Assembly: GCA_963796105.1 (NCBI GenBank)
Contig: CAWCKJ010000004.1
Location: 704,001 to 768,000, forward strand
From: a candidate division FCPU426 bacterium
GTDB taxonomy: Bacteria; Oederibacteriota; Muellerivitia; Muellerivitales; Muellerivitaceae
Direction of reading: 5' to 3'
Length of the DNA: 64,000 nucleotides
In this document: positions 1 through 10,250 of the stretch, piece after piece
Position numbering within the stretch: position 1 is the first letter of the stretch
Layout of the letters: each line of letters opens with the position of its first letter
The notes under the pieces: generated by a model
Seen by the model: only the letters and a program-made list of their open reading frames with translations
Told to the model about the DNA's origin: nothing
Databases searched by the model: none
Position numbers and translations under genes: made by a program

Positions 1-96
1 GGCATCGCGCTGAGCAAACTGGATGAGGAAGAGGCCACCCGGACCCTGGAGCTTTTTTCCGAGATGTCCAAGCTGGAACTCCAAGAAGGCGCATGA
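1..96 (+). CDS. hypC: Hydrogenase maturation chaperone HypC, 3' end (partial)
   Basis: Frame 1 reads GIALSKLDEEEATRTLELFSEMSKLELQEGA*, matching the HypC C-terminus (G-x-A-x-S-K-x-D-E-E-E-A); hypD and hypE lie downstream. Confidence 0.8.
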   Translation, partial: GIALSKLDEEEATRTLELFSEMSKLELQEGA

Positions 97-169
97 CCAC
101 CAACTTCGGCATTAATCCTTAAAAACCGGCAACGATTCAACAGCCTTCTTCTCGGTCCGATCCCTAGTT

Positions 170-3100
170 TTATCCCCTCCTAGCCTGCTTCTTTTTGGCC
201 CTGCGCCTCGCCGCCCGGCTTCTTTGCGATCCCGGCCTGGGTTTCATTTGAAGGGCGGCCTTTCTATTTTTTCCCTTTCGTTTTCGTGCCGCGGCGGATT
301 TTCGGAAAGAAACCCATCTCATGGCCGCTTCCTCCAGGTTCCCGGTCTTGCCCCATTCCCTGGCTCCCTCGATTTCCTCGGGTGAAAAATGCGGTTCAAT
401 TTCTTGGATCAAAGCCGTAATCATATCCCTGGTCTGCTGGCGGCACAGGGGATGGCCGAAGGCCAGCATATACAAACCAATGGCATCTCTCTCTTCCCCC
501 TTAAGCTGAAAAATCCGTCCCATGGCAACAACCGCATCCGCGAGAAAAGGCTTGTGATTACCCCGGATCGCGATTTGGATGACATGGGAAAGATGATCTT
601 CCGCTTGCTTTAACTCACCGAGGCGGGTGGAAATTTCCCCTAATTTGAGCAAGGTGCCCATCAAGCCAATATCGTCCTGAAGGCGTTCAAAACACGTCCG
701 GCTTTTTAAATAACATTTTCTCGCCTGTTTCAAATGGCCGCGGTAACAAGCCAAATCCCCCAGATGGAATTGATACCAGGCGATGTTCTGGGTCAATGGG
801 CCCACTTTTTCCAGGAGGGAATAGGCTTTCTTGTAATTACTTTCGGCTTGGCGGTCATTTTGATATTCCAAAGCCAGGTTGCCGTGCAGGTCTAAGGCCC
901 AGGCCTGGCCCCTGAAATCCCCCACCAAGCGGAAAAGACCCAGGCCTTTCTCCAGAAAGCCGGCGGCTTCCGGATAATTTCCCTCTTGCCAGCAAATCAT
1001 TCCTAACTGGGTCACGGCGATGGCCACACCCATTCTGTCGCTGATTCCATCGGAAATACCCATGGCCTGCTGGTACAACGCAAAGGCGCCTTTATAATCC
1101 CCTGCCTTGTCCGCCACATTGCCCAGATTCACCAAGCACCAGCCGATTCCCCTTTGGTCTTCCGTTTCCACGTAGATGGACAAGGCTTTTTGATAGCTTT
1201 CTTTACCCTCTTTAAAACGCCTCAAATTGCACAAGACCTCCCCAAAAACGTTGTAGGCGAAGGCCATGGCCCGCCGGTCCCGGTTCGCTCTCGAGTACCT
1301 CAGGCTTTGCAGGACCAGGGTCCTGGCTTTTTTAAATTCCCCCATGCGGCAGGCGAGGAATCCCAGGCGGTTGAGAGCCAGGGAAATTCCCGGTTTATCA
1401 TTGGCCTTGCGGCAAGAGGCCAGGCTTTTCGCATAAAGGGTCATGGCTTTTTCATAATGGCCCTCCCTTTCTGTGACAAAACCCAGTTCACACAAGGAAA
1501 AGCCGGCTTCCCGGATGCCGGAAACAGAGGACAACAAACTGAGATTTTCCTCAAACAGTTTTCGGGCGTTTTTGAGGTTCCCTAAATCCCTCTCGAAGGA
1601 TGCCCACCGTGAAATGAGCCTGGCCAAAAGAAGGGTATAGGGCTTGGGGCGCGGGGAGGATTCTGGATATTTCTCCCTCAGGGTTTGAACTGCGGCTTTC
1701 ATAAGATCCCGGCCCTGCTCGAACTGCCCTTTGATCTCGTAAATGACACAGAAGCCCTTCATGAGCTGGTTAATCTCCTTTTTTTCGCAGGTTCGAACAG
1801 CCCGATTCCAGGCTTCCTGGAGATTTCCCAATTCTTCCACCAATTCTTCCTGGGCCTCTTTTTCTTTTGGGCCGTACAAAGCCTTTTCCCTGGCTTGGAG
1901 GAAGGACGCGAAATAACCGCAATGGGTATCCAGGATTTTTTCGCCCTCGGCGGGATTTTCGAACAATTTTTCCTTGGCGTAAAACTTGATAAGCTCATGG
2001 AGGTCAAAACGTCTTTTCACTTGCCGGGTCAGCAACGATTTGTTTTCCAGTTGTTCGAGAACCGCCAGGGTGGCGCCCGCCACCGAGCGCGCCGCCTGGA
2101 TGTCGAACCCGCCCTTGAAAGAGGAAAGGGCCTTGAGAACCTTTTTTTGCGGCTCGCTGAGAAGGATCCAGGAATACTCGAATACGGCCCTCAAGGAACG
2201 GTGCCGCGGGGAAAAATCGGGCATGGAAGTCGCCAGGAAATCCTTGCTGGTCGTGATTTTTTCGGCTATTTCCGAAAGGGGGTGGATTCCCACCCAGGTG
2301 GAAGAAAGCTCCAGTCCTAAGGGCATGCCTTCCAGGACCCGGCAGATGTCCAGCATCCCCTGCCGCTCCCCAGGGATGAGAACAAAGTCGGGTTTGGCCC
2401 TTCGGGCGCGCATGAGGAAAAATTGGATGGCGCTGTAGGCTTCCATATCCGGGGTGTCCGGGTCCTCGGGAAAACGCAGGCCTTTCACCTCAAACGTCTT
2501 TCCTTCCGCCGCTCTCAGGGGTTCCCGGCTGGTCACGAGGATTTTCACTCCCGGCGCGGCCTTGAGGATGTCCGAAACCAGTGAGCCCCCTTCAATGATG
2601 TGCTCGAAATTATCCATGACGAGAAGCATTTTCTTGTCTTTCAGGTGGTTCAGAAGCTGGGTCTTGGAATCTTCAATGCCGGTGAAGAAAAATTTCAGGA
2701 CCCCGGCGATGTTTCCCACGATCATCTGGTCGGACAATAAGGGCGCCAGCACCACCATGTAAACGCCGTTCGCGAAACGACCCACCAGTTCCGCGGCGGC
2801 CTGCAAGGCCAGTCGGGTCTTGCCATACCCTCCCGGCCCCGCGAGGGTCAACAACCGGATGGAAGGGTCCTTCAGCAAGCCGGTCATTTCGGCGATTTCC
2901 TCCTCGCGGCCGAAAAAGGGGGACGCTTGAGGAAGAAGATTTTGCGGGTATTGATTAAGGGCCCGCAATGGCGGAAGCGTTTCTTTTTGAAGGTCCGGAT
3001 GCTCCAAGGCATAGACGCTGGAAGGTTCGCTCAAGTCCTTCAGGAACTGGGGACCCAGGTCGAGGAGCCGCGCCTCGGGGGGCAATGGCACGAAATGCAC

Positions 3101-3481
3101 CGCCGGCACAGTCATGAGGATTTGCCCGCCCCAGGCCGCCTCCAGGAGAACCCTGGTGTGGGTGACCCCGGGTCCCACGTAATCCTGGCCGAATGCCTCG
3201 GCTTCCCCCGAGTGCAGCGCCACGCGAAGCCCGGCTTTTTGGTAATCGCCCCAAAGGTGTTTTTGGAATTCCTTTTGCAGGTCCAGGGCGGCCCGGGCGG
3301 AGTCCTCTTCCTTGAATAGGCTGTACAAGCCGTCCGGGGTTCGTTTAGTCCAAGTGGCTTTATGGGACGAAAGGATTTCCTCAATGAGGTATATTTGGCA
3401 GGAGATGACGTTGTCGGCTGAGGGAGAGCCCCGTTGTTCGTATAGGGCCGGATGGTCGATTTTAGTGAAAAGAAAAATCAT
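170..3481 (-). CDS. Cyclase-like domain + STAND/NB-ARC ATPase + TPR repeat protein
   Basis: N-terminal class III cyclase-like segment (LRVALHSGEA, AAWGGQILMT), Walker A GPGGYGKT, Walker B LLVMDNFEH, GMPLGLEL motif, many TPR-like repeats. Confidence 0.85.
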   Translation of the reverse strand: MIFLFTKIDHPALYEQRGSPSADNVISCQIYLIEEILSSHKATWTKRTPDGLYSLFKEEDSARAALDLQKEFQKHLWGDYQKAGLRVALHSGEAEAFGQDYVGPGVTHTRVLLEAAWGGQILMTVPAVHFVPLPPEARLLDLGPQFLKDLSEPSSVYALEHPDLQKETLPPLRALNQYPQNLLPQASPFFGREEEIAEMTGLLKDPSIRLLTLAGPGGYGKTRLALQAAAELVGRFANGVYMVVLAPLLSDQMIVGNIAGVLKFFFTGIEDSKTQLLNHLKDKKMLLVMDNFEHIIEGGSLVSDILKAAPGVKILVTSREPLRAAEGKTFEVKGLRFPEDPDTPDMEAYSAIQFFLMRARRAKPDFVLIPGERQGMLDICRVLEGMPLGLELSSTWVGIHPLSEIAEKITTSKDFLATSMPDFSPRHRSLRAVFEYSWILLSEPQKKVLKALSSFKGGFDIQAARSVAGATLAVLEQLENKSLLTRQVKRRFDLHELIKFYAKEKLFENPAEGEKILDTHCGYFASFLQAREKALYGPKEKEAQEELVEELGNLQEAWNRAVRTCEKKEINQLMKGFCVIYEIKGQFEQGRDLMKAAVQTLREKYPESSPRPKPYTLLLARLISRWASFERDLGNLKNARKLFEENLSLLSSVSGIREAGFSLCELGFVTEREGHYEKAMTLYAKSLASCRKANDKPGISLALNRLGFLACRMGEFKKARTLVLQSLRYSRANRDRRAMAFAYNVFGEVLCNLRRFKEGKESYQKALSIYVETEDQRGIGWCLVNLGNVADKAGDYKGAFALYQQAMGISDGISDRMGVAIAVTQLGMICWQEGNYPEAAGFLEKGLGLFRLVGDFRGQAWALDLHGNLALEYQNDRQAESNYKKAYSLLEKVGPLTQNIAWYQFHLGDLACYRGHLKQARKCYLKSRTCFERLQDDIGLMGTLLKLGEISTRLGELKQAEDHLSHVIQIAIRGNHKPFLADAVVAMGRIFQLKGEERDAIGLYMLAFGHPLCRQQTRDMITALIQEIEPHFSPEEIEGAREWGKTGNLEEAAMRWVSFRKSAAARKRKGKNRKAALQMKPRPGSQRSRAARRRAKKKQARRG

Positions 3482-3611
3482 CCGGTGTTGCCCCTTTCCT
3501 TTTCGAGTGGCTAAAGCGGGTTACAACACCATACATTATACCTTCCTTTGTTTGACGATATTGGACCCCGTTTCGTGAGTTTAACAAACTTCTCATGCGT
3601 TTTATTTAGGT

Positions 3612-3656
3612 TGTAACCTCTGTTGGTCGCTTATTAAAAGTTTTTCAGAGGTTTCA
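3612..3656 (-). repeat. Stand-alone copy of the GAAACCTCTG-N23-CAGAGGTT hairpin module
   Basis: Reverse complement TGAAACCTCTGAAAAACTTTTAATAAGCGACCAACAGAGGTTACA matches the first module of the elements at 34967 and 37880. Confidence 0.75.
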
Positions 3657-3674
3657 GGTTGTTATAATCCACAG

Positions 3675-5585
3675 ATGATTTCCAACCCCTCCCGCTACCC
3701 GGACAGCCCGGCAAATACCAAATCACCCTCATCCTGGTCCGAACCCTGGCTTTATCCCCTCCTGGCCTGTTTCCTTTTGGCCCCGCTCCTGGCCTCAAGG
3801 CTTCTATGCGATCCCGACTTGGGTTTTCACCTCCGAGCCGGCCAATGGATTTTGCAAAACCACGCCTTTCCCTCGAAGGACACCTTCACCTACACCGTGA
3901 CTAGCCATGATTACCTCGATATCCATTGGCTTTACCAGGTCCTTCTTTATACTTTCTACCGGCTCGGCGGTTACAGCCTCATTTCCATTTTGAATATCGG
4001 GTTGATAGGTTCGCTATTTTTCCTGACTTACCTGCGCCTCAAGCTGGCCCAAGCCCCGGCCTGGTTATCCGTTATTTTGCTGGCGGCGGTTCTCTTCACC
4101 ACCGAGAACAGGTTCCGGGCCAGGCCCGAGACCCTGAGCTGGGTCCTCTTGAGCCTGACCCTATGGGTCTTGGAGTTAAGGGCCCAGCGCAAGAAGGATC
4201 TTCTTTTCCTTTTGCCGCTCATTCATCTTTTCTGGGCCAACGTGGAGGGCCTTTTTCCCCTCGGCTGGTTCTTGATGGGTCTTTACTGGTTTTCAGCTTT
4301 CATCCAGGACCGCGCGTCGGATAAAAAACTCCTGGTTTATTCCCTGGCTTCGGTGGCGGCCTGCCTGTTAAACCCTTATTTCCTCCGCGGCTGGCTTTTT
4401 CCCCTCACCCTCTGGGCTACCGTGGGAACCTCCAACGTCTTCAAACGCAATATCGACGAGTTCCAGCCGACCTGGGCCTACCTTTCCAACCCCACCCACA
4501 TGATGATCACCTTTTTCTATGAGCTTTTCTTCATCCTCCTTTTGATCCTGATCCTGGCGACTTTTAGGAAAAGGAAAATCCACGAGTACCTCTTGTTCGC
4601 GGTTTTTCTCGCCATATCCCTTGCCGCTTTCCGGAATATCGCCCTTTTCATGATCGCCTGCGCCCCCCTGGCCGCGTTCTCCTTGAGGGATTTGGATTGG
4701 TACCGGTTGACTAAACTTCAGCGGGACTTCCTATCAAAGCCCCTTTGCGCCTGGATTTTAACTGTCATTCTCCTGCTCCTCGGCCTCAGGGTCGCCTCGG
4801 GGGTTTATTACATCCAGGACCGCAGGCCGGAGCATTTTGGAATCGGCTTGGACAAGAAAATCCAGCCGGTCCAAGCCTGCCTGTTCCTCAGCCAAAACAA
4901 GCTGGAGGGCAAAATCCTGAATCAGTTGGGTCTCGGAGGCTGGCTGGATTGGCAGGGACCTCCGGGCAAGACCTTCATCGACGGGCGTTTGGAAACGATG
5001 GGAAGTGAATTTTTCTCGGAATATACCGCCTCCTTGGGCCCTGGGAAGCTGGGGCCGCTCCTGGAAAAATACCAGCCTGAAATCCTGGTCCTGAAACCCC
5101 AGGCTCCCTTCCAATGGATCATGGACCTCCGGCGGATGCAGGATTGGCGTCCGGTTTACCTGGACGGAGTCGCGGTTGTCTTCTTGAAAAAGGGACTCGG
5201 CGATAACATTCCAACATTGGATTACAACAAATTGATGGCGGATAACGGCATCAACAAGGACCTGATGACCGAGGCGCCCTCCCTGATCCAATTGCCTTCG
5301 TATCCCATCTGGAAAAGTTTCCGGGATCATTTCACGGGAGTCCCGCCTTATCCCTTCGGCCTTTACAACATGGGCTTCTTTTTTACCGTTTACACCGGCC
5401 AAACAGGGATGGCGGAGCCCCTTTTCCTGGAGGCCATCCGCCGCACTTCCGGAAAATATCCAGAGTTTTATTACTACCTCGGCGGGATTTATTACTCCTC
5501 CAAAAGGTTCAACGAGGCGTCTCTCTGTATGAAACATGTTCCAGGGGAAAACCCCAAACAGCTGCAAATGGGGTCGGGCCAGTAA
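3675..5585 (+). CDS. Polytopic membrane protein, GT-C-like, with C-terminal TPR-like helices
   Basis: Many hydrophobic segments; DPDLGFHLRAGQWI N-terminal loop, RPE, FIDGR motifs; TPR-like tail. Confidence 0.65.
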   Translation: MISNPSRYPDSPANTKSPSSWSEPWLYPLLACFLLAPLLASRLLCDPDLGFHLRAGQWILQNHAFPSKDTFTYTVTSHDYLDIHWLYQVLLYTFYRLGGYSLISILNIGLIGSLFFLTYLRLKLAQAPAWLSVILLAAVLFTTENRFRARPETLSWVLLSLTLWVLELRAQRKKDLLFLLPLIHLFWANVEGLFPLGWFLMGLYWFSAFIQDRASDKKLLVYSLASVAACLLNPYFLRGWLFPLTLWATVGTSNVFKRNIDEFQPTWAYLSNPTHMMITFFYELFFILLLILILATFRKRKIHEYLLFAVFLAISLAAFRNIALFMIACAPLAAFSLRDLDWYRLTKLQRDFLSKPLCAWILTVILLLLGLRVASGVYYIQDRRPEHFGIGLDKKIQPVQACLFLSQNKLEGKILNQLGLGGWLDWQGPPGKTFIDGRLETMGSEFFSEYTASLGPGKLGPLLEKYQPEILVLKPQAPFQWIMDLRRMQDWRPVYLDGVAVVFLKKGLGDNIPTLDYNKLMADNGINKDLMTEAPSLIQLPSYPIWKSFRDHFTGVPPYPFGLYNMGFFFTVYTGQTGMAEPLFLEAIRRTSGKYPEFYYYLGGIYYSSKRFNEASLCMKHVPGENPKQLQMGSGQ

Positions 5586-5697
5586 ATTGCTTTTGGATAC
5601 CCTCAGGACCCATTTGGGGTGTGGTATTTCAAGCCTCCGGCGTGGAATAATGCAGGTGCAAATGAATCCCTCAAAGGACAAACCAGTCAGGTGACTC

Positions 5698-6804
5698 ATG
5701 AAATACATCGATGAATACCGGGACGGTGCCCAGGCCAGGAAATGGCAGGACGCCATCGCGCAAACCGTCAAGCGGCCTTGGACTATCATGGAAGTATGCG
5801 GGGGTCAAACCCACTCCATCGTGAAATACGGCCTGGAGGACCTCTTGCCCAAGGGGATCGAGCTCGTGCACGGTCCGGGATGCCCGGTCTGCGTCACGCC
5901 CATGGACGTGCTGGACACTGCTGTTGCCATCGCCTCCCTTCCGGAAGTGATCTTCTGCTCATTCGGGGACATGCTGAGGGTTCCTGGCACCTCCAAGGAC
6001 CTCCTGTCGGTCAAGGCCGAGGGCGGGGACGTGCGCATCGTTTATTCCCCCTTGGACGCGGTGAACCTGGCCGCGAAAAATCCCGGACGCCAAGTGGTTT
6101 TTTTCGCAGTGGGATTCGAGACCACCGCTCCCGCCAACGCGCTTTCCGTGCTCCAGGCCAAGGCCCGGGCCCTGGAAAATTACTCGCTTTTAACTTCCCA
6201 GGTCCGGGTGCCCCCAGCCCTGGAAGCCATTCTTTCCTCGTCCCAAAACCGCATCCAGGGTTTCCTGGCGGCAGGCCACGTCTGCACCGTGATGGGTACG
6301 GGCGAGTATCCTCCCATCTGCGCCAAATACCACGTTCCCATTGTCGTGACCGGATTCGAACCCGTGGATATCCTCCAGGGCGTTTATATGTGCCTCAAGC
6401 AGTTGGAAGAGGGACGCTTCGAGGTGGAAAACCAGTACAGCCGCTCGGTGAGGCCCGAAGGCAACCCCCAGGCGCGCAAGATGATGGAGGAAGTGTTCGA
6501 GATCGGCCCGAAGAATTGGCGGGGCATCGGCTGGATCCCGGAAAGCGGGCTGGCCCTGAACAAGTCCTTCGCCCCCTTCGACGCCCTGCGGCGTTTCAAC
6601 GTGAAGGTGGAGGAATCCCATGAGTCCAAGGAATGCATCAGCGGTCAGATTCTCCAGGGTTTGAAAAAACCGCCCCAATGCCCGGCTTTCGGGGTGCGCT
6701 GCACCCCGGAGCGGCCCCTGGGAGCCCCCATGGTTTCCTCCGAGGGCGCCTGCTCGGCCTATTACCAATACCGCCGGGCCGAACCGGCGGATAACATTTC
6801 ATAG
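5698..6804 (+). CDS. hypD: Hydrogenase maturation protein HypD
   Basis: [35 protein letters not shown] motifs. Confidence 0.97.
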   Translation: MKYIDEYRDGAQARKWQDAIAQTVKRPWTIMEVCGGQTHSIVKYGLEDLLPKGIELVHGPGCPVCVTPMDVLDTAVAIASLPEVIFCSFGDMLRVPGTSKDLLSVKAEGGDVRIVYSPLDAVNLAAKNPGRQVVFFAVGFETTAPANALSVLQAKARALENYSLLTSQVRVPPALEAILSSSQNRIQGFLAAGHVCTVMGTGEYPPICAKYHVPIVVTGFEPVDILQGVYMCLKQLEEGRFEVENQYSRSVRPEGNPQARKMMEEVFEIGPKNWRGIGWIPESGLALNKSFAPFDALRRFNVKVEESHESKECISGQILQGLKKPPQCPAFGVRCTPERPLGAPMVSSEGACSAYYQYRRAEPADNIS

Positions 6805-6855
6805 TTGGTTCTTTTTCGGATTTTTAATTAAGTCGCTTTAACCTATTATTCAAGA

Positions 6856-7085
6856 TGTCATTGCGACGAGTTGCCGCCGAATAGGCGGCTGGTAACGAGG
6901 AAGCAACCTCAGTTTAGATAAGCCAAATGTGTAACCTAAATCGAACAACGAACTGGGGTCGCCATGCCGACTTTCCATTATATTTTTGAAGGACGTTGGT
7001 ATTGTCCCGATATCCTATTATGGTTCATAGGATAATCGGGACACGTCGCAAACCGCTCCGATTTGGGCTGCTTCTCGCGATGACA
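6856..7085. repeat. REP/MITE-like element with TGTCATTGCGA...TCGCGATGACA inverted ends
   Basis: 11-bp terminal inverted repeat (1 mismatch), internal GAAGCAACC...GCTGCTTC; intergenic between hypD and hypE. Confidence 0.65.
6964..7042 (-). repeat. Double-hairpin module, copy 1
   Basis: ATGCCGAC-N23-GTTGGTAT-T-GTCCCGAT-N23-ATCGGGAC; reverse-complement arrangement of the copies at 35068, 38087 and 46250. Confidence 0.75.
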
Positions 7086-7130
7086 AATTTAAAATTATTG
7101 AAAAATATTTTCATTCTAAAAAGGAAACAA

Positions 7131-8183
7131 ATGGTTCCAATCGATTTCCAACTAAACTGTCCCCTCCCCTTCAACGGCTACGACCGCGTCCTCTTGGCGC
7201 ACGGCGGGGGGGGGCGCCTGACCCAGGATTTGATCGAGAAATTTTTCATGCCGGCCTTCGGCAACGGCCCCCTCAACAAACGCCATGACGCCTCGGTCAT
7301 GGATCTCCCCGCCGGCCCCGTGGCCATGACCACCGATTCCTACGTGGTGAAACCCCTGTTTTTCCCCGGTGGGGACATCGGCAAGCTCGCGGTCACTGGC
7401 ACTGTCAATGACTTGTCCATGGCAGGCGCCAAACCCCTTTACTTGAGCGCGGGCTTCATCCTGGAGGAAGGCCTGCCCCTGGAAACCCTTTGGAAGATCG
7501 TCTTATCCATGAAAAAAGCGGCTGAAGAGGCCGGTGTTTCCATCGTCACAGGCGACACAAAGGTGGTGGACAAGGGCAAGGGGGACGGGGTCTTCATCAA
7601 CACTTCCGGGGTGGGCGTGACGAAGCCCGGCCTGGACATCTCCCCTTCCTCGGTAAAACCCGGGGATGTTGTCCTTTTAAGCGGGGATGTGGGGCGCCAC
7701 GGCATCGCCATCATGGCCGCGAGGGAAGGGCTGGACTTCGAGACGAAGCTAGAGAGCGACTGCGCCTTCCTGCATAAGCCGGTCCTTGACCTGCTGGAAG
7801 CCGGGGTGAAAGTCCATTGCCTAAGGGATCTCACAAGGGGCGGTTTGGCCTCAGCCTTGAATGAGATTGCCCAGAGCTCGGGCCATCCCATGCTGGTGAC
7901 GGAAGAGGAAATTCCCGTGATCGAGGAAGTCAAAGCCGCCTGCGAAGTCCTGGGCCTCGACGCCTTCTACGTGGCCAACGAGGGCCGGTTCGTGGCGATC
8001 CTTCCCGAGGAGGAAGACTTGAAAGCACTGGACATCCTCCGCAAACACGAGGTCAGCCGCGGAGCCCGCATGATCGGCAGAGTCCTTCCTGATGCCGGAA
8101 AATCGGTCCGTTTGAAAAGCCGCACCGGGGCTGTTCGCATCATGGACCTCCTCAGCGGAGAGCAGCTTCCCCGGATATGTTGA
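7131..8183 (+). CDS. hypE: Hydrogenase maturation protein HypE
   Basis: [29 protein letters not shown]-terminal [11 protein letters not shown] at 7131 follows AAGGA. Confidence 0.97.
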   Translation: MVPIDFQLNCPLPFNGYDRVLLAHGGGGRLTQDLIEKFFMPAFGNGPLNKRHDASVMDLPAGPVAMTTDSYVVKPLFFPGGDIGKLAVTGTVNDLSMAGAKPLYLSAGFILEEGLPLETLWKIVLSMKKAAEEAGVSIVTGDTKVVDKGKGDGVFINTSGVGVTKPGLDISPSSVKPGDVVLLSGDVGRHGIAIMAAREGLDFETKLESDCAFLHKPVLDLLEAGVKVHCLRDLTRGGLASALNEIAQSSGHPMLVTEEEIPVIEEVKAACEVLGLDAFYVANEGRFVAILPEEEDLKALDILRKHEVSRGARMIGRVLPDAGKSVRLKSRTGAVRIMDLLSGEQLPRIC

Positions 8184-8382
8184 ATCGGAAATAAAAACCA
8201 CTGGAGAGACGAACCTATTCCGGCTTTTAATTTAGCCTTTAAATTTTGCCATTTTCATGGTTTTAATCCATCCGAATGGGCGATTCCTTGCCCCGGTTGG
8301 CCCTTAAATTCCTTGATTCGTCCGGCATTTGAGGGCAAAATAACCGTCACACAAGTCGGCAATACATCAAGGAGTTGAAAAT

Positions 8383-8808
8383 ATGAAGGGAACAAAAATA
8401 GTTTTGGCTATGTCCTTAGCGGCCGTCATCACCCTGAATTTTGGCTGCGGAGCCCCCAAAAGAATTGAAGGCACTGAGGTTCCATCGAAGAAAGCCTCGC
8501 ATGAAGGGATTTCGGTCAAGGGAAAGAAGGTCCCTTCCGGCCAGTATTTGGTGGTTGCCCACGATACCCTCTGGGGCATTGCAGGGAAGTCTGATATCTA
8601 CAATGACAATTTCCAGTGGCCTTTGATCTTCAAGGCCAACCGCGACACCATCAAGGACCCGGATTTGATCTATCCCAAGCAGGACTTCAAGATCACGAAG
8701 GGCGCCAGCAAGGAAGAGATTGCCCATGCCAAGGAGTTGGCTTTGAAAACCCCGAAGTATGTGGCTCACTCTAAACCCCGCCCGACCCTGCCGTTGGATT
8801 ACTTTTGA
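8383..8808 (+). CDS. LysM-domain lipoprotein
   Basis: Signal peptide ending FGC; YLVVAHDTLWGIA...WPLIFKANRDTIKDPDLIYPKQ LysM pattern. Confidence 0.88.
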   Translation: MKGTKIVLAMSLAAVITLNFGCGAPKRIEGTEVPSKKASHEGISVKGKKVPSGQYLVVAHDTLWGIAGKSDIYNDNFQWPLIFKANRDTIKDPDLIYPKQDFKITKGASKEEIAHAKELALKTPKYVAHSKPRPTLPLDYF

Positions 8809-8822
8809 TCTTTAGATGAACC

Positions 8823-8856
8823 AAAGCCCGTCCTTTTAGGATGGGCTTTTTTTTTG
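8823..8856 (+). terminator. Rho-independent terminator
   Basis: AAAGCCCGTCC-TTTTA-GGATGGGCTTT followed by a T-run. Confidence 0.8.
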
Positions 8857-8870
8857 AGCGGAGGCTCTAG

Positions 8871-9107
8871 ATGGATTCCTTCATTTCCCAGGAAAGCGAC
8901 AGTTTCCAAAAAAAACTTCAAAAAGACACCTTGGAAGCGGTTCTCAAATCCATGCAAGAACGGGTTTCCCACTTAGAGTGCCCGGAACACCATCAAAATC
9001 CACGGCTCAAATTCTCCGAAGACTCCGGCCCCGGCCAGCAGAAAATGGCTTTCGATTGCTGCTGTCAAGTCCTGGCGAAAATGCTGGAAGAAGCCTTGAA
9101 AACTTAA
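8871..9107 (+). CDS. Small hypothetical protein, possible Zn-binding (CPEH...CCC)
   Basis: GGAGG RBS, 78-aa ORF with Cys/His cluster. Confidence 0.65.
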   Translation: MDSFISQESDSFQKKLQKDTLEAVLKSMQERVSHLECPEHHQNPRLKFSEDSGPGQQKMAFDCCCQVLAKMLEEALKT

Positions 9108-9160
9108 GGATTCTTTTCAAACGCAAGTCTTTGAAAAAACGGTTATTAAAGGATTAATTC

Positions 9161-10183
9161 ATGATTTCCACAAAGGTGAATTGGGGCATCCTATCCACAG
9201 GGGTCATCGCCAGGGAATTCGCTGAGGCTTTGAAGCACACTCAAACCGGGAAATTGACCGCCGTGGCCAGCCGATCCCGCCCTTCGGCTTTGAAATTCGC
9301 CAAGGCATTCTCAGTTCCCCGTCCTTACGGCTCCTATCAGGCCCTGTTAGAAGATCCTGAAGTGGATTCCGTTTATGTCGCAACCCCTCACCCTTACCAC
9401 GCTGAATGGTCCGTCCGGGCGGCCAAGGCAGGCAAACATGTCCTCTGCGAAAAACCCCTGACCATGAATTTCCCCCAAGCGTTGAAAGTCGTCCAAACCG
9501 CCAAAGCCAAGCGCGTTTTTCTCATGGAAGCATTCATGTACCGGTGCCACCCTCAAACCACCCGGCTGGTAGAGTTAGTTAGGAATAAAACCGTCGGGGA
9601 AATAAAGCTGATCCAGTCCCATTTTTGCTTTGAGAGACCCGTTGATCTCAAGCACCGGCTTTTTAACAAGAAACTGGGGGGCGGGGGCATCCTGGATATC
9701 GGCTGTTACCCCGTATCCATGGCCCGGCTCTTGGCAGGCGCGGCCTCGCGCAAACCTTTCCTCGATCCGGTGAAGGTTTCTGGAACCGGCGTCATCGGGG
9801 AAAAAAGTGAGGTGGACGAACTGGCTTTGGCCTCATTGCTGTTTCCCAACGGCGTCCTGGCCGAGGTCGCTTGCGGCATCCGTCTGGATCGGGGAGTGGG
9901 TGTGACGGTTTGGGGCACGAAAGGGAAAATTCATGTCCCGAATCCCTGGCATCCGGGACGCTGGTCCAAGGGTGTTTCGGAAATCCTGATCTACCGCGAC
10001 GGACAAGCCAAGCCCAAGCGGTTGAGGCTGGTGGAAAAAAGGATGGCCTTCACGATCGAGGCGGACATCGCCGGAGACGCGATTCTAAAAGGCCGGAAAG
10101 AAGCCTCTCCCATGCCCTGGGCCGATTCCCTGGGAAACATGAGGACTTTGGAATTGTGGCTGGGGCAGTTGAAAAACCGTTGA
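9161..10183 (+). CDS. Gfo/Idh/MocA family oxidoreductase
   Basis: WGILSTGVIA, GKHVLCEKP, GGGGILDIGCY motifs. Confidence 0.93.
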   Translation: MISTKVNWGILSTGVIAREFAEALKHTQTGKLTAVASRSRPSALKFAKAFSVPRPYGSYQALLEDPEVDSVYVATPHPYHAEWSVRAAKAGKHVLCEKPLTMNFPQALKVVQTAKAKRVFLMEAFMYRCHPQTTRLVELVRNKTVGEIKLIQSHFCFERPVDLKHRLFNKKLGGGGILDIGCYPVSMARLLAGAASRKPFLDPVKVSGTGVIGEKSEVDELALASLLFPNGVLAEVACGIRLDRGVGVTVWGTKGKIHVPNPWHPGRWSKGVSEILIYRDGQAKPKRLRLVEKRMAFTIEADIAGDAILKGRKEASPMPWADSLGNMRTLELWLGQLKNR

Positions 10184-10250
10184 AGAGCAAGCATTAACGA
10201 AAGCCCCTATTTAGATCAATAAAGAATTCATAATTCAAAATTGTTTTTAT

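Noticed and set aside
6996..7130. N-terminal extension of HypE
   Set aside because: It runs through a repeat element; ATG 7131 has an RBS and gives a typical HypE start.
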